From an uncultured Actinomycetes bacterium (lineage in GTDB: Bacteria > Actinomycetota > Acidimicrobiia > Spongiisociales > DATADW01): a stretch of 30,457 nt of DNA. A program made the position numbers and the translations under genes. A model generated the notes under the pieces. That model did no database searches. It saw only the letters and a list, made by a program, of their open reading frames with translations, and was not told the DNA's origin. Shown here piece after piece: positions 1 through 8,217 of this stretch; position 1 is the first letter of the stretch; each line of letters opens with the position of its first letter. The stretch lies in the NCBI GenBank assembly GCA_963824995.1, contig CAWGRK010000005.1:62001-92457 (forward strand), in the 5' to 3' direction.

Positions 1-1087
1 CCCGGTTGGGCATGCCGGACAACTGCCAGTGCGTAGCCAGAACCGCGGGATCGACGTCGGAGCGACCCGCCAGGACCGCAGCGAAGAGACCGTGCAATTG
101 GCGACGGCGACCGGGAGGGACGGCGTCGTAAACCGCTTCGCGCAGCAGGTCATGGCGGAACCGGTACCCGTGCGAGTCGACCGTGACCAGGTCTGAGTCG
201 ACACACCGCCCTAATGCGTCTGCCACTGCGGCGACGTCCCAGCCCAAGACGTCGGCCACAACGAGCTCGTCGCAGGACTCGGCAACGGCGATTACCGCCA
301 GAGCCTCGGCGACCTCAGGCCCTTGCTCCCGCAGCCGAGCCAGGAACAGGCCACGGAGATGGTCGGGCACTCCCCGGTAGCCAGCGGCGATCACCTCCTC
401 GACGAGCAGCGGTATGCCGCCGCTGCGTCGGTGGATTTCGGCAACCACCTCTGGTGACGGGGCGGTGTCCGTGATCCCGGCAACCTGATCGGCCACTTGG
501 CTTGCCGTCAGCGGTCCCAGCACCGCACGCAGCAGCGGGCGGCGTTCCAGAACGTCGGTGAACGCAGCCAGCTCGGTCTGGGTCAGCGGGCCTTCGTAGC
601 GCAGGGTGACGACCAGCCCCCATCGCCCGATGTCGGCCTGCGTGACCAGATAGGCGAGGATGTCCCTCGTGGCCAGGTCCGACCAGTGGAGGTCCTCGAT
701 GACCAGAACCAGGGGCGATTGCGCGGCCAAGTCGGCGAGGGTTGCCCCCAGCGCGTTGAAGAGCACGGACCGGGTCGCCGCCTCCCCCGCAGCGAGCATC
801 CCGACGACCGGGGCGTGGGGCGGGAGGGCAGGGCGCAGAGCCGCCACCAGGGATGTGTAGGGCGGCCCATCCGGCACGCACCGCCCGACCAGGACCCGGG
901 CGTCGCCCCATAGGTGAGCGGCCTCGGTGACCAGCCGGGACTTGCCCATCCCGGCCCGTCCGTAGACCAGTGCCACTGCCGGCTCCCCCTCGCGCAGACC
1001 GGAGATGAACCCGCCCAGCGCGCGCAGTTCTTCCTCGCGCCCGACCATCCGAGGGCTGGTGGTACGAGACGCCACGACCGGGCTCAT
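1..1087 (-). CDS. AAA/STAND-type ATPase regulator (LAL/LuxR-like), 5' portion; runs off the left edge
   Basis: Absent from the ORF track because there is no stop in the window. Manual translation from ATG 1087 (MSPVVASRTTSPRMVGREEELRAL...) shows Walker A GRAGMGKS, Walker B LVLVIEDLHWSD, SGGIPLLVEEV and YRFRHDLLREAVY, typical of AAA_16/LuxR regulators. The C-terminal HTH is not visible. Confidence 0.88.
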   Translation of the reverse strand, partial: MSPVVASRTTSPRMVGREEELRALGGFISGLREGEPAVALVYGRAGMGKSRLVTEAAHLWGDARVLVGRCVPDGPPYTSLVAALRPALPPHAPVVGMLAAGEAATRSVLFNALGATLADLAAQSPLVLVIEDLHWSDLATRDILAYLVTQADIGRWGLVVTLRYEGPLTQTELAAFTDVLERRPLLRAVLGPLTASQVADQVAGITDTAPSPEVVAEIHRRSGGIPLLVEEVIAAGYRGVPDHLRGLFLARLREQGPEVAEALAVIAVAESCDELVVADVLGWDVAAVADALGRCVDSDLVTVDSHGYRFRHDLLREAVYDAVPPGRRRQLHGLFAAVLAGRSDVDPAVLATHWQLSGMPNR

Positions 1088-1191
1088 ACCTCAAGTCTGG
1101 TCGCCCGCTAGCAGCCTCGCCATCCACTCGCGGGTGGTATGTCCTCCCCCTCACGGCTCAGTTGACGCCAACCTGGCCCGGATGGGCCATG

Positions 1192-2304
1192 TCACGAAGG
1201 GGCGGTCGAGCCGCTCACTTCCTGTGTTCTGCTCGATCGATTCGCCTCGATATGGTTGACGATGTACTCGGCGTCGCGCCCGACTCCTCCCACAAGCGCC
1301 GAGCTCAACGAGTAGAGGAAGAGAAGCCCCATGAAGTACAAACCGGGGCAAGTCTCGACGATGCCCCGAGTGTGGGCGGGGACGCCGTTGTGAGTGGCCA
1401 GTGGGAGATCGATCCAGTCGTACTTAGGCGTGTATCCGGTGGACCAGATGACGTTGGACACGTCCAAGACACTTCCGTCCTCGAGCACCGGGTAGCCATC
1501 CTCTACACCGGTCGTTCTCCCCACCCGGTCGATGCCAGCTGCGACGATGTCCTTTCGTCGCACCCTGCCCAGGGGAATGCCACGAGGCGGGTCGAGGAAG
1601 TGGTCGCGCATCTTCCTCCCGGGTGGCGTATTCACCGTGAACCGCGTCGCCATGAACCAGAGCACCGGTGTGAGAAGGAGATCGGCACGACTACCGGCAC
1701 GGGTGGGCTCTTGACCGGTGTCCCGGCCTGACAACCACGTCTGGTGATGGCGAGCGACCTCGATGGCTATCTCCGCACCAGAGTTGCCTGCACCCACCAC
1801 GAGCACTCCGCCCTCTTTGAGTTGGGATGGGTTGCGGTAGTCGTTGGAGTGGAGTTGAACGATGCTCTCATCGAGTTCGGAGGCGAACGGCGGGATGCGG
1901 GGGTTGTTGTAGGCGCCCGTGGCCACGATCACGTTGTCGGCGAGCAGCGTGCCGCGGTCACAGACCACCTCGAATCGATCGCCGGTCTTGGACAAACTCT
2001 CGACTTTGACCCCGGTTCGGACGGGGAGGTCGTACTGGAGGGCATACATCTCCAGATAGTCGGCGAGCTCGTCCTTTGTCGGGTAGTAGGAAGGCGATCC
2101 GGGAAACGGCAGCCCAGGAAGGCCGTCGTAGCGGCCCGGCGTGAACAGATGCAGAGAGTCCCATCTCCTCCGCCAGGCATCACCGATCCTGTCGTGTTCG
2201 TCGAGGATCACAAACGGAAGATCCCTTTGAGCCAGGTGGTACCCAGTGGCCAGACCCGACTGGCTTCCGCCGATGACCACGGTTTCGACGTGATGAATGC
2301 TCAC
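1192..2304 (-). CDS. Flavin-containing monooxygenase / CzcO-like NAD(P)/FAD-dependent oxidoreductase
   Basis: VIGGSQSG FAD-binding loop, W-DSLHLFTP motif, VATG, LHSNDYRNP (FMO-like fingerprint), VVGAGNSG NADPH loop; AGGAG RBS upstream of GTG 2304. Confidence 0.9.
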   Translation of the reverse strand: MSIHHVETVVIGGSQSGLATGYHLAQRDLPFVILDEHDRIGDAWRRRWDSLHLFTPGRYDGLPGLPFPGSPSYYPTKDELADYLEMYALQYDLPVRTGVKVESLSKTGDRFEVVCDRGTLLADNVIVATGAYNNPRIPPFASELDESIVQLHSNDYRNPSQLKEGGVLVVGAGNSGAEIAIEVARHHQTWLSGRDTGQEPTRAGSRADLLLTPVLWFMATRFTVNTPPGRKMRDHFLDPPRGIPLGRVRRKDIVAAGIDRVGRTTGVEDGYPVLEDGSVLDVSNVIWSTGYTPKYDWIDLPLATHNGVPAHTRGIVETCPGLYFMGLLFLYSLSSALVGGVGRDAEYIVNHIEANRSSRTQEVSGSTAPS

Positions 2305-2335
2305 TCGGAAAACTCCTGTTGCGGGTGTTCCGCCG

Positions 2336-2380
2336 AACCTAGGAAGATCCCCGGTGGCCGCCTATCGGGAATTCTCCTCA
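2336..2380 (-). promoter_or_regulatory. Candidate activator-dependent promoter of the monooxygenase: palindromic box (2365-2380) plus -10 TAGGTT (2336-2341)
   Basis: TCGGGAATTCTCCTCA matches the 6597-6612 palindrome at 13/16 positions and has the same 23-bp gap to a TAGNNT hexamer. Confidence 0.65.
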
Positions 2381-2566
2381 CATGACGGGAGGGTGCCTGA
2401 TTGGTCGTTCGCTGGCGGCACCGTCGTACCAATGCGTCTCGCCCTAGGGACGTCAAGGGTCGGAGTTCTCCCGGCAATCGGGCCTCCCCCAAATCCGGAG
2501 CGGCCGATCGGCGTATCTTCCCGTCTATCCCGGGAGCTTCTAGTGGGACAGCCGATCGGTGGTGGA

Positions 2567-4132
2567 ATGCCTGGTGGACCCGACGATTCCGATGAGCGTG
2601 TCCGAACGGCAGAGGTGATCGCGGCCACATGCTTGGCAACCGACCTGGGCATGGGATTCCCCTTCGAGCATGGCCTCCACACCACCTTGATGGCGATGCG
2701 TCTTTGCGACCTCCTCTCCGTATCACCCGAGACGGCTTCGCAGACCTACTACGCCTCGCTACTCACCTATGCGGGATGCACGACCGACGCCGATTTGGCC
2801 ACAGAAGTTTTCGGCGGGAGCGCGCTCGACAACTTGACTCCCCGTCAGTTCGGATCGGGGGCCGCGCATTTCATCGGAGCAGTGAGATCCATGTCCCCTC
2901 CGGAAATTCCGGTCTTCCGCCGGCCCTACGAGGTGGCGAGGCGGCTCCCGCTGGCATACCGATTCAGGGACCCCCATTTCGAGGCGATGTGCGAGGTGGC
3001 GGGGATGCTGGCGGAGCGGCTCGGGGTGCCGTCTTCGGTCCATCGGCTGTTTTTCAAGCTCACCGAGCGTTGGGACGGCAAGAGCGTGCTCCGCCGGGCA
3101 AAGGGCGACGAGGTCCCTCTGCCGATACGCATCACCCATGTCGCCGAGGACGCCGCCTTCCAACGGGTCATCGGCGGCGACGAGCACGCCGTCGAGATCA
3201 TCCGCAGCCGGGCGGGCCACGCCTTCGATCCGGCCGTTGCCGACGCTTTCACGCGGCATGCCGGTGAGGTCTTCTCGGCGGCTGACGTGGACTCGGCCTG
3301 GCAGGCGGTCCTTCGTGCCGAGCCCCGGCCCCACCTCTATCTCGAGGGTGACGCCATCGACCGCGCCATCGGTGGCATGGGCGACTTTGCCGACATGGTC
3401 TCGCCCACTTTCACCGGCCACTCGAGGGGCGTTTCCGATCTGGTCGCGGCAGCCGCCGGCGTCAGTGGCTTCGATGCCGATGGCATCACGGCGGTGCGAC
3501 GAGCTGCGCTGGTACACGACATTGGCCGAGTGGCGGTCCACCCTCGGGTATGGCTGAAATCGGGCCCCCTCACGTCCGACGACTGGGAGCAGATCAGGCT
3601 GCACCCCTACCACACCGAGCGTGTGCTCTCTCGCTCCTCCTTCTTCGCCCCCTTGGCGGGATGCGCCCGGGCCCATCACGAGCGTCTCGACAGCACCGGG
3701 TATCACCGAGGAGTCGCCGCACTTTCGCTGAGTGCCGCCGACCGGCTCCTTGCAGCCGCCGACTCGTTCCGGGCGATGACCGAGTCGAGACCCCACCGGG
3801 GAGGGGTCGCCCCCCAAGAGGCCGCGCGCCGCCTTGTCGAGGAGGCACGGGCAGGTCGGCTCGATGCCGGCGCTGTCTCGGCGGTGTGCGAGGCCGCCGG
3901 GCAGCCCAAACCTCGACCCGAGCATCCCGTCGGGTTGACGGAGCGTGAGGTCGAGGTGATCGGACTCCTCGGCCGGGGTCTACAGACCAAGCAGATGGCG
4001 CACCGGCTCGACATCTCCGTCAAGACCGCAGACCGTCACATCCAGAACGCCTACCGGAAGATGGCGGTGTCGACCCGGGCCGGGGCCACTCTCTTCGCGG
4101 TGGAACACGGGCTGATCCCGCCCTCCGACTAG
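2567..4132 (+). CDS. Tandem HD-GYP-like domain protein with C-terminal LuxR HTH (paralog A)
   Basis: Degenerate N-terminal HD-GYP (ERWDGK), second domain HDIGR...HPYHTER...HHERLDSTGYHRG, then LTEREVEV...KTADRHIQNAYRKM HTH. Start moved to ATG 2567 by alignment with paralog B. Confidence 0.9.
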   Translation: MPGGPDDSDERVRTAEVIAATCLATDLGMGFPFEHGLHTTLMAMRLCDLLSVSPETASQTYYASLLTYAGCTTDADLATEVFGGSALDNLTPRQFGSGAAHFIGAVRSMSPPEIPVFRRPYEVARRLPLAYRFRDPHFEAMCEVAGMLAERLGVPSSVHRLFFKLTERWDGKSVLRRAKGDEVPLPIRITHVAEDAAFQRVIGGDEHAVEIIRSRAGHAFDPAVADAFTRHAGEVFSAADVDSAWQAVLRAEPRPHLYLEGDAIDRAIGGMGDFADMVSPTFTGHSRGVSDLVAAAAGVSGFDADGITAVRRAALVHDIGRVAVHPRVWLKSGPLTSDDWEQIRLHPYHTERVLSRSSFFAPLAGCARAHHERLDSTGYHRGVAALSLSAADRLLAAADSFRAMTESRPHRGGVAPQEAARRLVEEARAGRLDAGAVSAVCEAAGQPKPRPEHPVGLTEREVEVIGLLGRGLQTKQMAHRLDISVKTADRHIQNAYRKMAVSTRAGATLFAVEHGLIPPSD

Positions 4133-4174
4133 ACCGTAAATTCGAGCGCATCCGGAGAGTGTGTCGTCGATTTG

Positions 4175-4190
4175 TCGAACAGGTGTTCGG
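4175..4190. promoter_or_regulatory. LexA SOS box (actinobacterial type)
   Basis: TCGAAC-AGGT-GTTCGG against the consensus TCGAAC-N4-GTTCGA (one mismatch), upstream of the DUF222-HNH gene. Confidence 0.8.
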
Positions 4191-4195
4191 TTTGT

Positions 4196-4217
4196 CGTCG
4201 GATCGTTGTGGTACGCT
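4196..4217 (+). promoter_or_regulatory. RecA-NDp/PafBC-type promoter motif
   Basis: CGTCGG-N10-TACGCT against the consensus TGTCGG-N10-TANNNT. Confidence 0.6.
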
Positions 4218-4234
4218 GAACGCTCTTCCCCACT

Positions 4235-5550
4235 GTGAACCGCGTTGCGGAGATGATGATGACATTGCTTGGGGAAGCGCCGAACTGGCTCGAGGACCGC
4301 TCTGATCCCACAGCGGTGCCGCTCCCGGTTGGCTTGGCGGAGATACCGCCAGGTCCCGAGCTCGGGGTGGTCCTGGGAGGGATCGACCGGTCCCGGTTGA
4401 GCGGTGACGATGTGGTCACGCTGCTGCAGGTGCTGGCCCGCCAGGTCTCGCACTACCAAGCCGAGCTCTACGCCGCCACGGCCGAGGTGGCCCACTGCTC
4501 CTCCGATCCCACCTCGGCGGAGCGGGTGCGAAGCGATCGACGAGTTCGCCGCCGAGGAGATCGGGGCGGCCCTGTGTCTCACCAGGAGAGCCGCCGACAG
4601 CCACCTCGGGCTGGCCCTCGACCTCTTCGAGCGGCTCCCCCAGGTCGGGCATGCCCTTCTCCAGGGTCGGATAGATCTGGCCCGGGCCCGGGTGATCTGT
4701 GAGAGCACCTCTCACCTGGAGGAGACAGAGGCCCGCCGTGTGGCCGACTCGGTGTTGGAGCAGGCAGAGGACCTCACCACCGGACAGCTCGGAGCCCGGG
4801 TGCGGCGGCTCGCCCTCTCCGTGCAACCCGAGGAAGCCGCTAGGCGCTACCAGGCGGCGGTGGAGGAACGGCGGGTGATGTGCCTCCCCAACGCCGACGG
4901 GACCGCCGACCTCGTGGCCTGCAACCTCCCCGCCGAGCGGGCGGTGGCGTGCATGCGATCACTCGACGCCGCAGGCCCACGCCGCCAAGCGGTCGGGGGA
5001 TCCCCGCAGCATCGACCAGTTGCGCACCGACCTTCTCTTGGACCGCCTCGAGGGGGACCGCTCCACCAAGCGCCGCCGTGGGGTGGTCGACCTCCACATC
5101 GATCTCACCACCCTCGCCGGGCTCGACTCCAATCCTGGCGAGATCCCCGGGTTCGGGCCGATCGTCGCCGACGTGGCCCGGCGGGTGGCCGCCAGCCAGC
5201 ACCACTCGGAGTGGCGGGTCACCGTGACCGACCGGAGAGCGGGTTGGTTGCCTGGAACGGGATCACCCGCCGCCGACCCAACCTCACCCAACGCCGCTAT
5301 CTCGAGGCACGTAACCGACGCTGTGTGTTCCCCGGGTGCCGGATGCCGGCGATCGACTCGCGACATCGACCACACCAGGGACTTCGCCCAGGGCGGATCG
5401 ACCGACGTCACCAACCTCGGACCGCTGTGTCGTCACCATCATCGGTTGAAGCACGAGGGGGAGTGGCAACTGGAGCAGATCGAACCCGGCGTCTTCCGCT
5501 GGACCAGTCGACTCGGACACGTCTACACCGTGGGCCCGGGACCGCCGTGA
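4235..5550 (+). pseudogene. DUF222 (13E12 repeat family) HNH endonuclease, four apparent frameshifts
   Basis: Homologous segments are split across frames: 4235 frame (PPGPELGVVL), 4404 frame (EEIGAALCLTRRAA..GRIDLARARVI; RNRRCVFPGC), 5020 frame (DQLRTDLLLD; GEIPGFGPI; DIDHTRDFAQGGSTDVTNLGPLCRHHHRLKH). Shifts near 4527, 4975, 5232 and 5360. Confidence 0.85.
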
Positions 5551-5555
5551 GTTCG

Positions 5556-5597
5556 GCGGGCAGGCGGGGCGGCCACGCGGCGTAACCTCCTGCCCGC
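5556..5597. terminator. GC-rich inverted repeat between convergent genes (possible terminator)
   Basis: GCGGGCAGG (5556-5564) pairs with CCTGCCCGC (5589-5597); long loop and no U-tract. Confidence 0.35.
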
Positions 5598-5654
5598 GCC
5601 ACCTGACTGTGGCGAGCTTCGCCAGCGGCGAGGGCGCCCAGGCTGACCTGGACC

Positions 5655-6542
5655 TCACTCCGAGAGAATCGAGCGAAGTGCTTCGCCGAAGGCTGCGGGC
5701 TGCTCTGCAAGCGGGAGGTGGCCGGCGTCATCGATCGGGAACAGCGGCCAGCCAAATTTCCGACTCGCCCTCTCAGCGATCCCGAACTTCATCACTCGGT
5801 CATGGCGGCCCCAGATGAGCGACACCGGCGCCGCAATGCGACGGAGTTCGTCGTCGGGGATTCGCTTCGTTCCCAGCGTGCGTAGGAGTGCTCGGTTGGC
5901 CGATTGTACCGTCGGCTGCTTCGCTCGTTCGATCTGGTAATCGAGCAACGCTTTCAATCGCTCACCCATCTGGGCCCGAACCCTCGGTGCGTCATAGAAG
6001 ATCACCTCCTGCATCCTCTGCGCAGTGACGAGGTTTGGGGCTCTAGAGAATCGGATTAGAGCAAGCAGCATCGAGGGCGCGGGTCGGAACGCCGCCAGCG
6101 ACCCGGAGTCCATCAGGATGAGCTGGACGAGCTCGTCTGGGTGCTGGATGGCGAAACGCGCCGCGATGCTGCCGCCAAGCGACGCGCCGAACAGGATCGG
6201 AGGTTGGTCGCAGGTCTCGGCGACGAGCTCGCGCAGCCAACCGATAACTCGAGTTGGGTCAATGGGGCCGTTGCCGATCTTGGAGCGTCCCAGTCCGGGA
6301 AGGTCGGGTACCACCACCCGGTAGCGGTCGACGAGCTGCGCCGCCATTCCACCCATGAACGCTCCGAAGCCACCCTGCCCGTGGAGCAAGATCATCGGCG
6401 GCCCTTCACCGCCCTCCAATATGACCGTCGAGACATCGGCGAGAGAACTCGTCCTCTCTACCAAAGGGAGACCCTCGATCGCCCGGGCCGCAAGGCGGTC
6501 CGCGTCCATAGCGTCCCTGGTGCTGGATGTGGCCTCAGACAT
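5655..6542 (-). CDS. Alpha/beta fold hydrolase
   Basis: LLHGQGG oxyanion motif, PDLPGLGRS, nucleophile GASLGG, IWGRHD, catalytic His in DAGHLP. Start set at ATG 6542 (MSEATS) behind a GAGGAGGAG RBS. Confidence 0.9.
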   Translation of the reverse strand: MSEATSSTRDAMDADRLAARAIEGLPLVERTSSLADVSTVILEGGEGPPMILLHGQGGFGAFMGGMAAQLVDRYRVVVPDLPGLGRSKIGNGPIDPTRVIGWLRELVAETCDQPPILFGASLGGSIAARFAIQHPDELVQLILMDSGSLAAFRPAPSMLLALIRFSRAPNLVTAQRMQEVIFYDAPRVRAQMGERLKALLDYQIERAKQPTVQSANRALLRTLGTKRIPDDELRRIAAPVSLIWGRHDRVMKFGIAERASRKFGWPLFPIDDAGHLPLAEQPAAFGEALRSILSE

Positions 6543-6567
6543 ATAACTCCTCCTCGCCTTGAGAAGG

Positions 6568-6612
6568 ACGCTATGGGTGGTAGGCCCATTTGACCATGGG
6601 GAGTTCTCCCCA
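6568..6612 (-). promoter_or_regulatory. Candidate activator-dependent promoter of the hydrolase: palindrome (6597-6612) plus -10 TAGCGT (6568-6573)
   Basis: Perfect 7-2-7 palindrome TGGGGAG-TT-CTCCCCA, 23 bp from TAGCGT; it lies inside the 3' end of the HD-GYP-LuxR gene. Confidence 0.7.
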
Positions 6613-8166
6613 GGGCACGAGCCCATGCTCGGTGGCGAAAAGGGTCGCTCCGGCACGGGTGGATACGCCGATCTTCCGATAGGCGTTTTGGATGTGGTGG
6701 TCGGCGGTCTTTGCCGATATGTCGAGCGCGCGGGCCACCTGCTTGGTCTGCAGACCCCGTGCCAGCAGCCCGATCACCTCGGCCTCCCGTTCGGTGAGTC
6801 CGGCGGGGCGATCGATCTGCGGGCGGGGCTGTCCGGCAGCCTCGAGCACGGCGGCCACCATCTCGGCGTCGAGGCGCCCCAAGCGTGCCTGTTCCCCGAG
6901 GAGCGTTCCGGCGGTCAAGGGCGTGAGCGGGTCCCGGTGCGGGCGCGGCTCGGTCATGGCCTGGAATGCATCTGCAGCAGCAAGGAGCCGCGCCGGCGGA
7001 GGGAGGGAGGGCGCCGTTGCATGGCGGTGATAACCGGTCCCATCGAGCCGCTCGTGGTGAGCGGATGCGACGGTGCCCAATGTGGCGAGGAAGGGGGAGC
7101 GTGAGAAGACCCGCTCGGTGTGGTAGGCATGCAGCCTGACCTGCTCCCACTCGTCGGCGCTGAGCGGCCCGATCTTCTGCCAGACGCGTGGGTGTACCGC
7201 TACTCGGCCCACGTCGTGAACCAGCGCCGCCCTCCGCGTCGACGCGACCTCCTCCCCGCCAAGGCCGCACAACCCGGCGGCCGCCACGGCGAGTGCAGCC
7301 ACGCCGTTGGAGTGGCCAGTAAAGAAGGGCGACACCAGATCGGCGAACTCGCCAAGGGCCGCAAGGGCTCGGTCGATGCCATCGCCCTCGAGTTCGAGCC
7401 AGGGTCGTGGTTCCGCTGCCAGAGTCGGCTCCCATGCGGATTCGGCAACATCAGCCGCACTCAAGACCGAATCTGAGTTGTCGATGAAGACTCGGGCAAT
7501 CTCGGGATCGAAGGAATGTCCAGCCCGCTCACGTACTGTGCTTACGGCGTACTCGTTGCCGCCGATCAATCTTTGGAATGCGGCATCGCGGGCGATATGA
7601 ACGATGCGAATTGGGAGCGGAATTTGCACTTCCTTCGCCCGTTTGAGCACGCCCTTGCCGTCCCAGCGCTCGGTTAGCAGAGGAAACAATCCTTGAATTG
7701 CCGTGGGAAGGCCAAACCGCGCCGCGAACATCGCCGCAACTTCACACATTGCGGCGAAGTGCGGTTTGCGGTGTGCGCCAGCTTCCGGGAGCCGGCTTGC
7801 GATCTGGACGACCCGCCGCGGGACCGAGGTGCCCTGATCGGCTAGGGCGCGGATCACGCCGCCCAGGGCCTCGGTTGCCGAGCCGAATTGCCGGGGGACA
7901 ATATTCGGGGTCATGTCCGCGCCAAAGATCGCCGCCGAGACCTCGGCATCGACCGTGCAACCCGAGTACATGAGCAGACTCGCGTAGTAGATCTGCGACG
8001 AGGTATCCCTATCGACGTCGACAAGGTCGGCGAGTCGCATCGCCATCAATGTGGCATGCAGGCCATGCTCGAACGGGAACCCCATGCCCAAGTCGGTCGC
8101 AAGGCATGTCGCGGCCATCAGCTCCGCGGTCCGGGTCCGGTCGCCGCCGACTGCCGAAATCGCCAC
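6571..8166 (-). CDS. Tandem HD-GYP-like domain protein with C-terminal LuxR HTH (paralog B)
   Basis: Colinear with paralog A (CLATDLGMGFPFEHGLH, ERWDGK, HDVGR, HHERLDGTGYHR, LTEREAEV...KTADHHIQNAYRKI). Confidence 0.92.
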   Translation of the reverse strand: MAISAVGGDRTRTAELMAATCLATDLGMGFPFEHGLHATLMAMRLADLVDVDRDTSSQIYYASLLMYSGCTVDAEVSAAIFGADMTPNIVPRQFGSATEALGGVIRALADQGTSVPRRVVQIASRLPEAGAHRKPHFAAMCEVAAMFAARFGLPTAIQGLFPLLTERWDGKGVLKRAKEVQIPLPIRIVHIARDAAFQRLIGGNEYAVSTVRERAGHSFDPEIARVFIDNSDSVLSAADVAESAWEPTLAAEPRPWLELEGDGIDRALAALGEFADLVSPFFTGHSNGVAALAVAAAGLCGLGGEEVASTRRAALVHDVGRVAVHPRVWQKIGPLSADEWEQVRLHAYHTERVFSRSPFLATLGTVASAHHERLDGTGYHRHATAPSLPPPARLLAAADAFQAMTEPRPHRDPLTPLTAGTLLGEQARLGRLDAEMVAAVLEAAGQPRPQIDRPAGLTEREAEVIGLLARGLQTKQVARALDISAKTADHHIQNAYRKIGVSTRAGATLFATEHGLVPWGELPMVKWAYHP

Positions 8167-8217
8167 TCCACGTGGAGCCTAACGGAGCACGAATGGGGAG
8201 CCTCGAGTACCCGATGA

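Noticed and set aside
315..1154. 279-aa minus-strand ORF
   Set aside because: Arg/Gly/Pro-rich out-of-frame shadow of the real AAA regulator starting at 1087.
2297..2566. 90-aa N-terminal extension of HD-GYP-LuxR paralog A in the ORF track
   Set aside because: It overlaps the monooxygenase start and promoter and has no counterpart in paralog B; ATG 2567 is preferred.
6543..6656. N-terminal extension of the alpha/beta hydrolase
   Set aside because: It overlaps the upstream gene; a strong RBS supports ATG 6542.
2596..8140. Inverted nucleotide similarity between the two HD-GYP-LuxR genes as a possible invertible segment or DGR template/variable pair
   Set aside because: The similarity is ordinary paralogy with many synonymous differences; no recombinase or reverse transcriptase and no adenine-specific pattern was seen.
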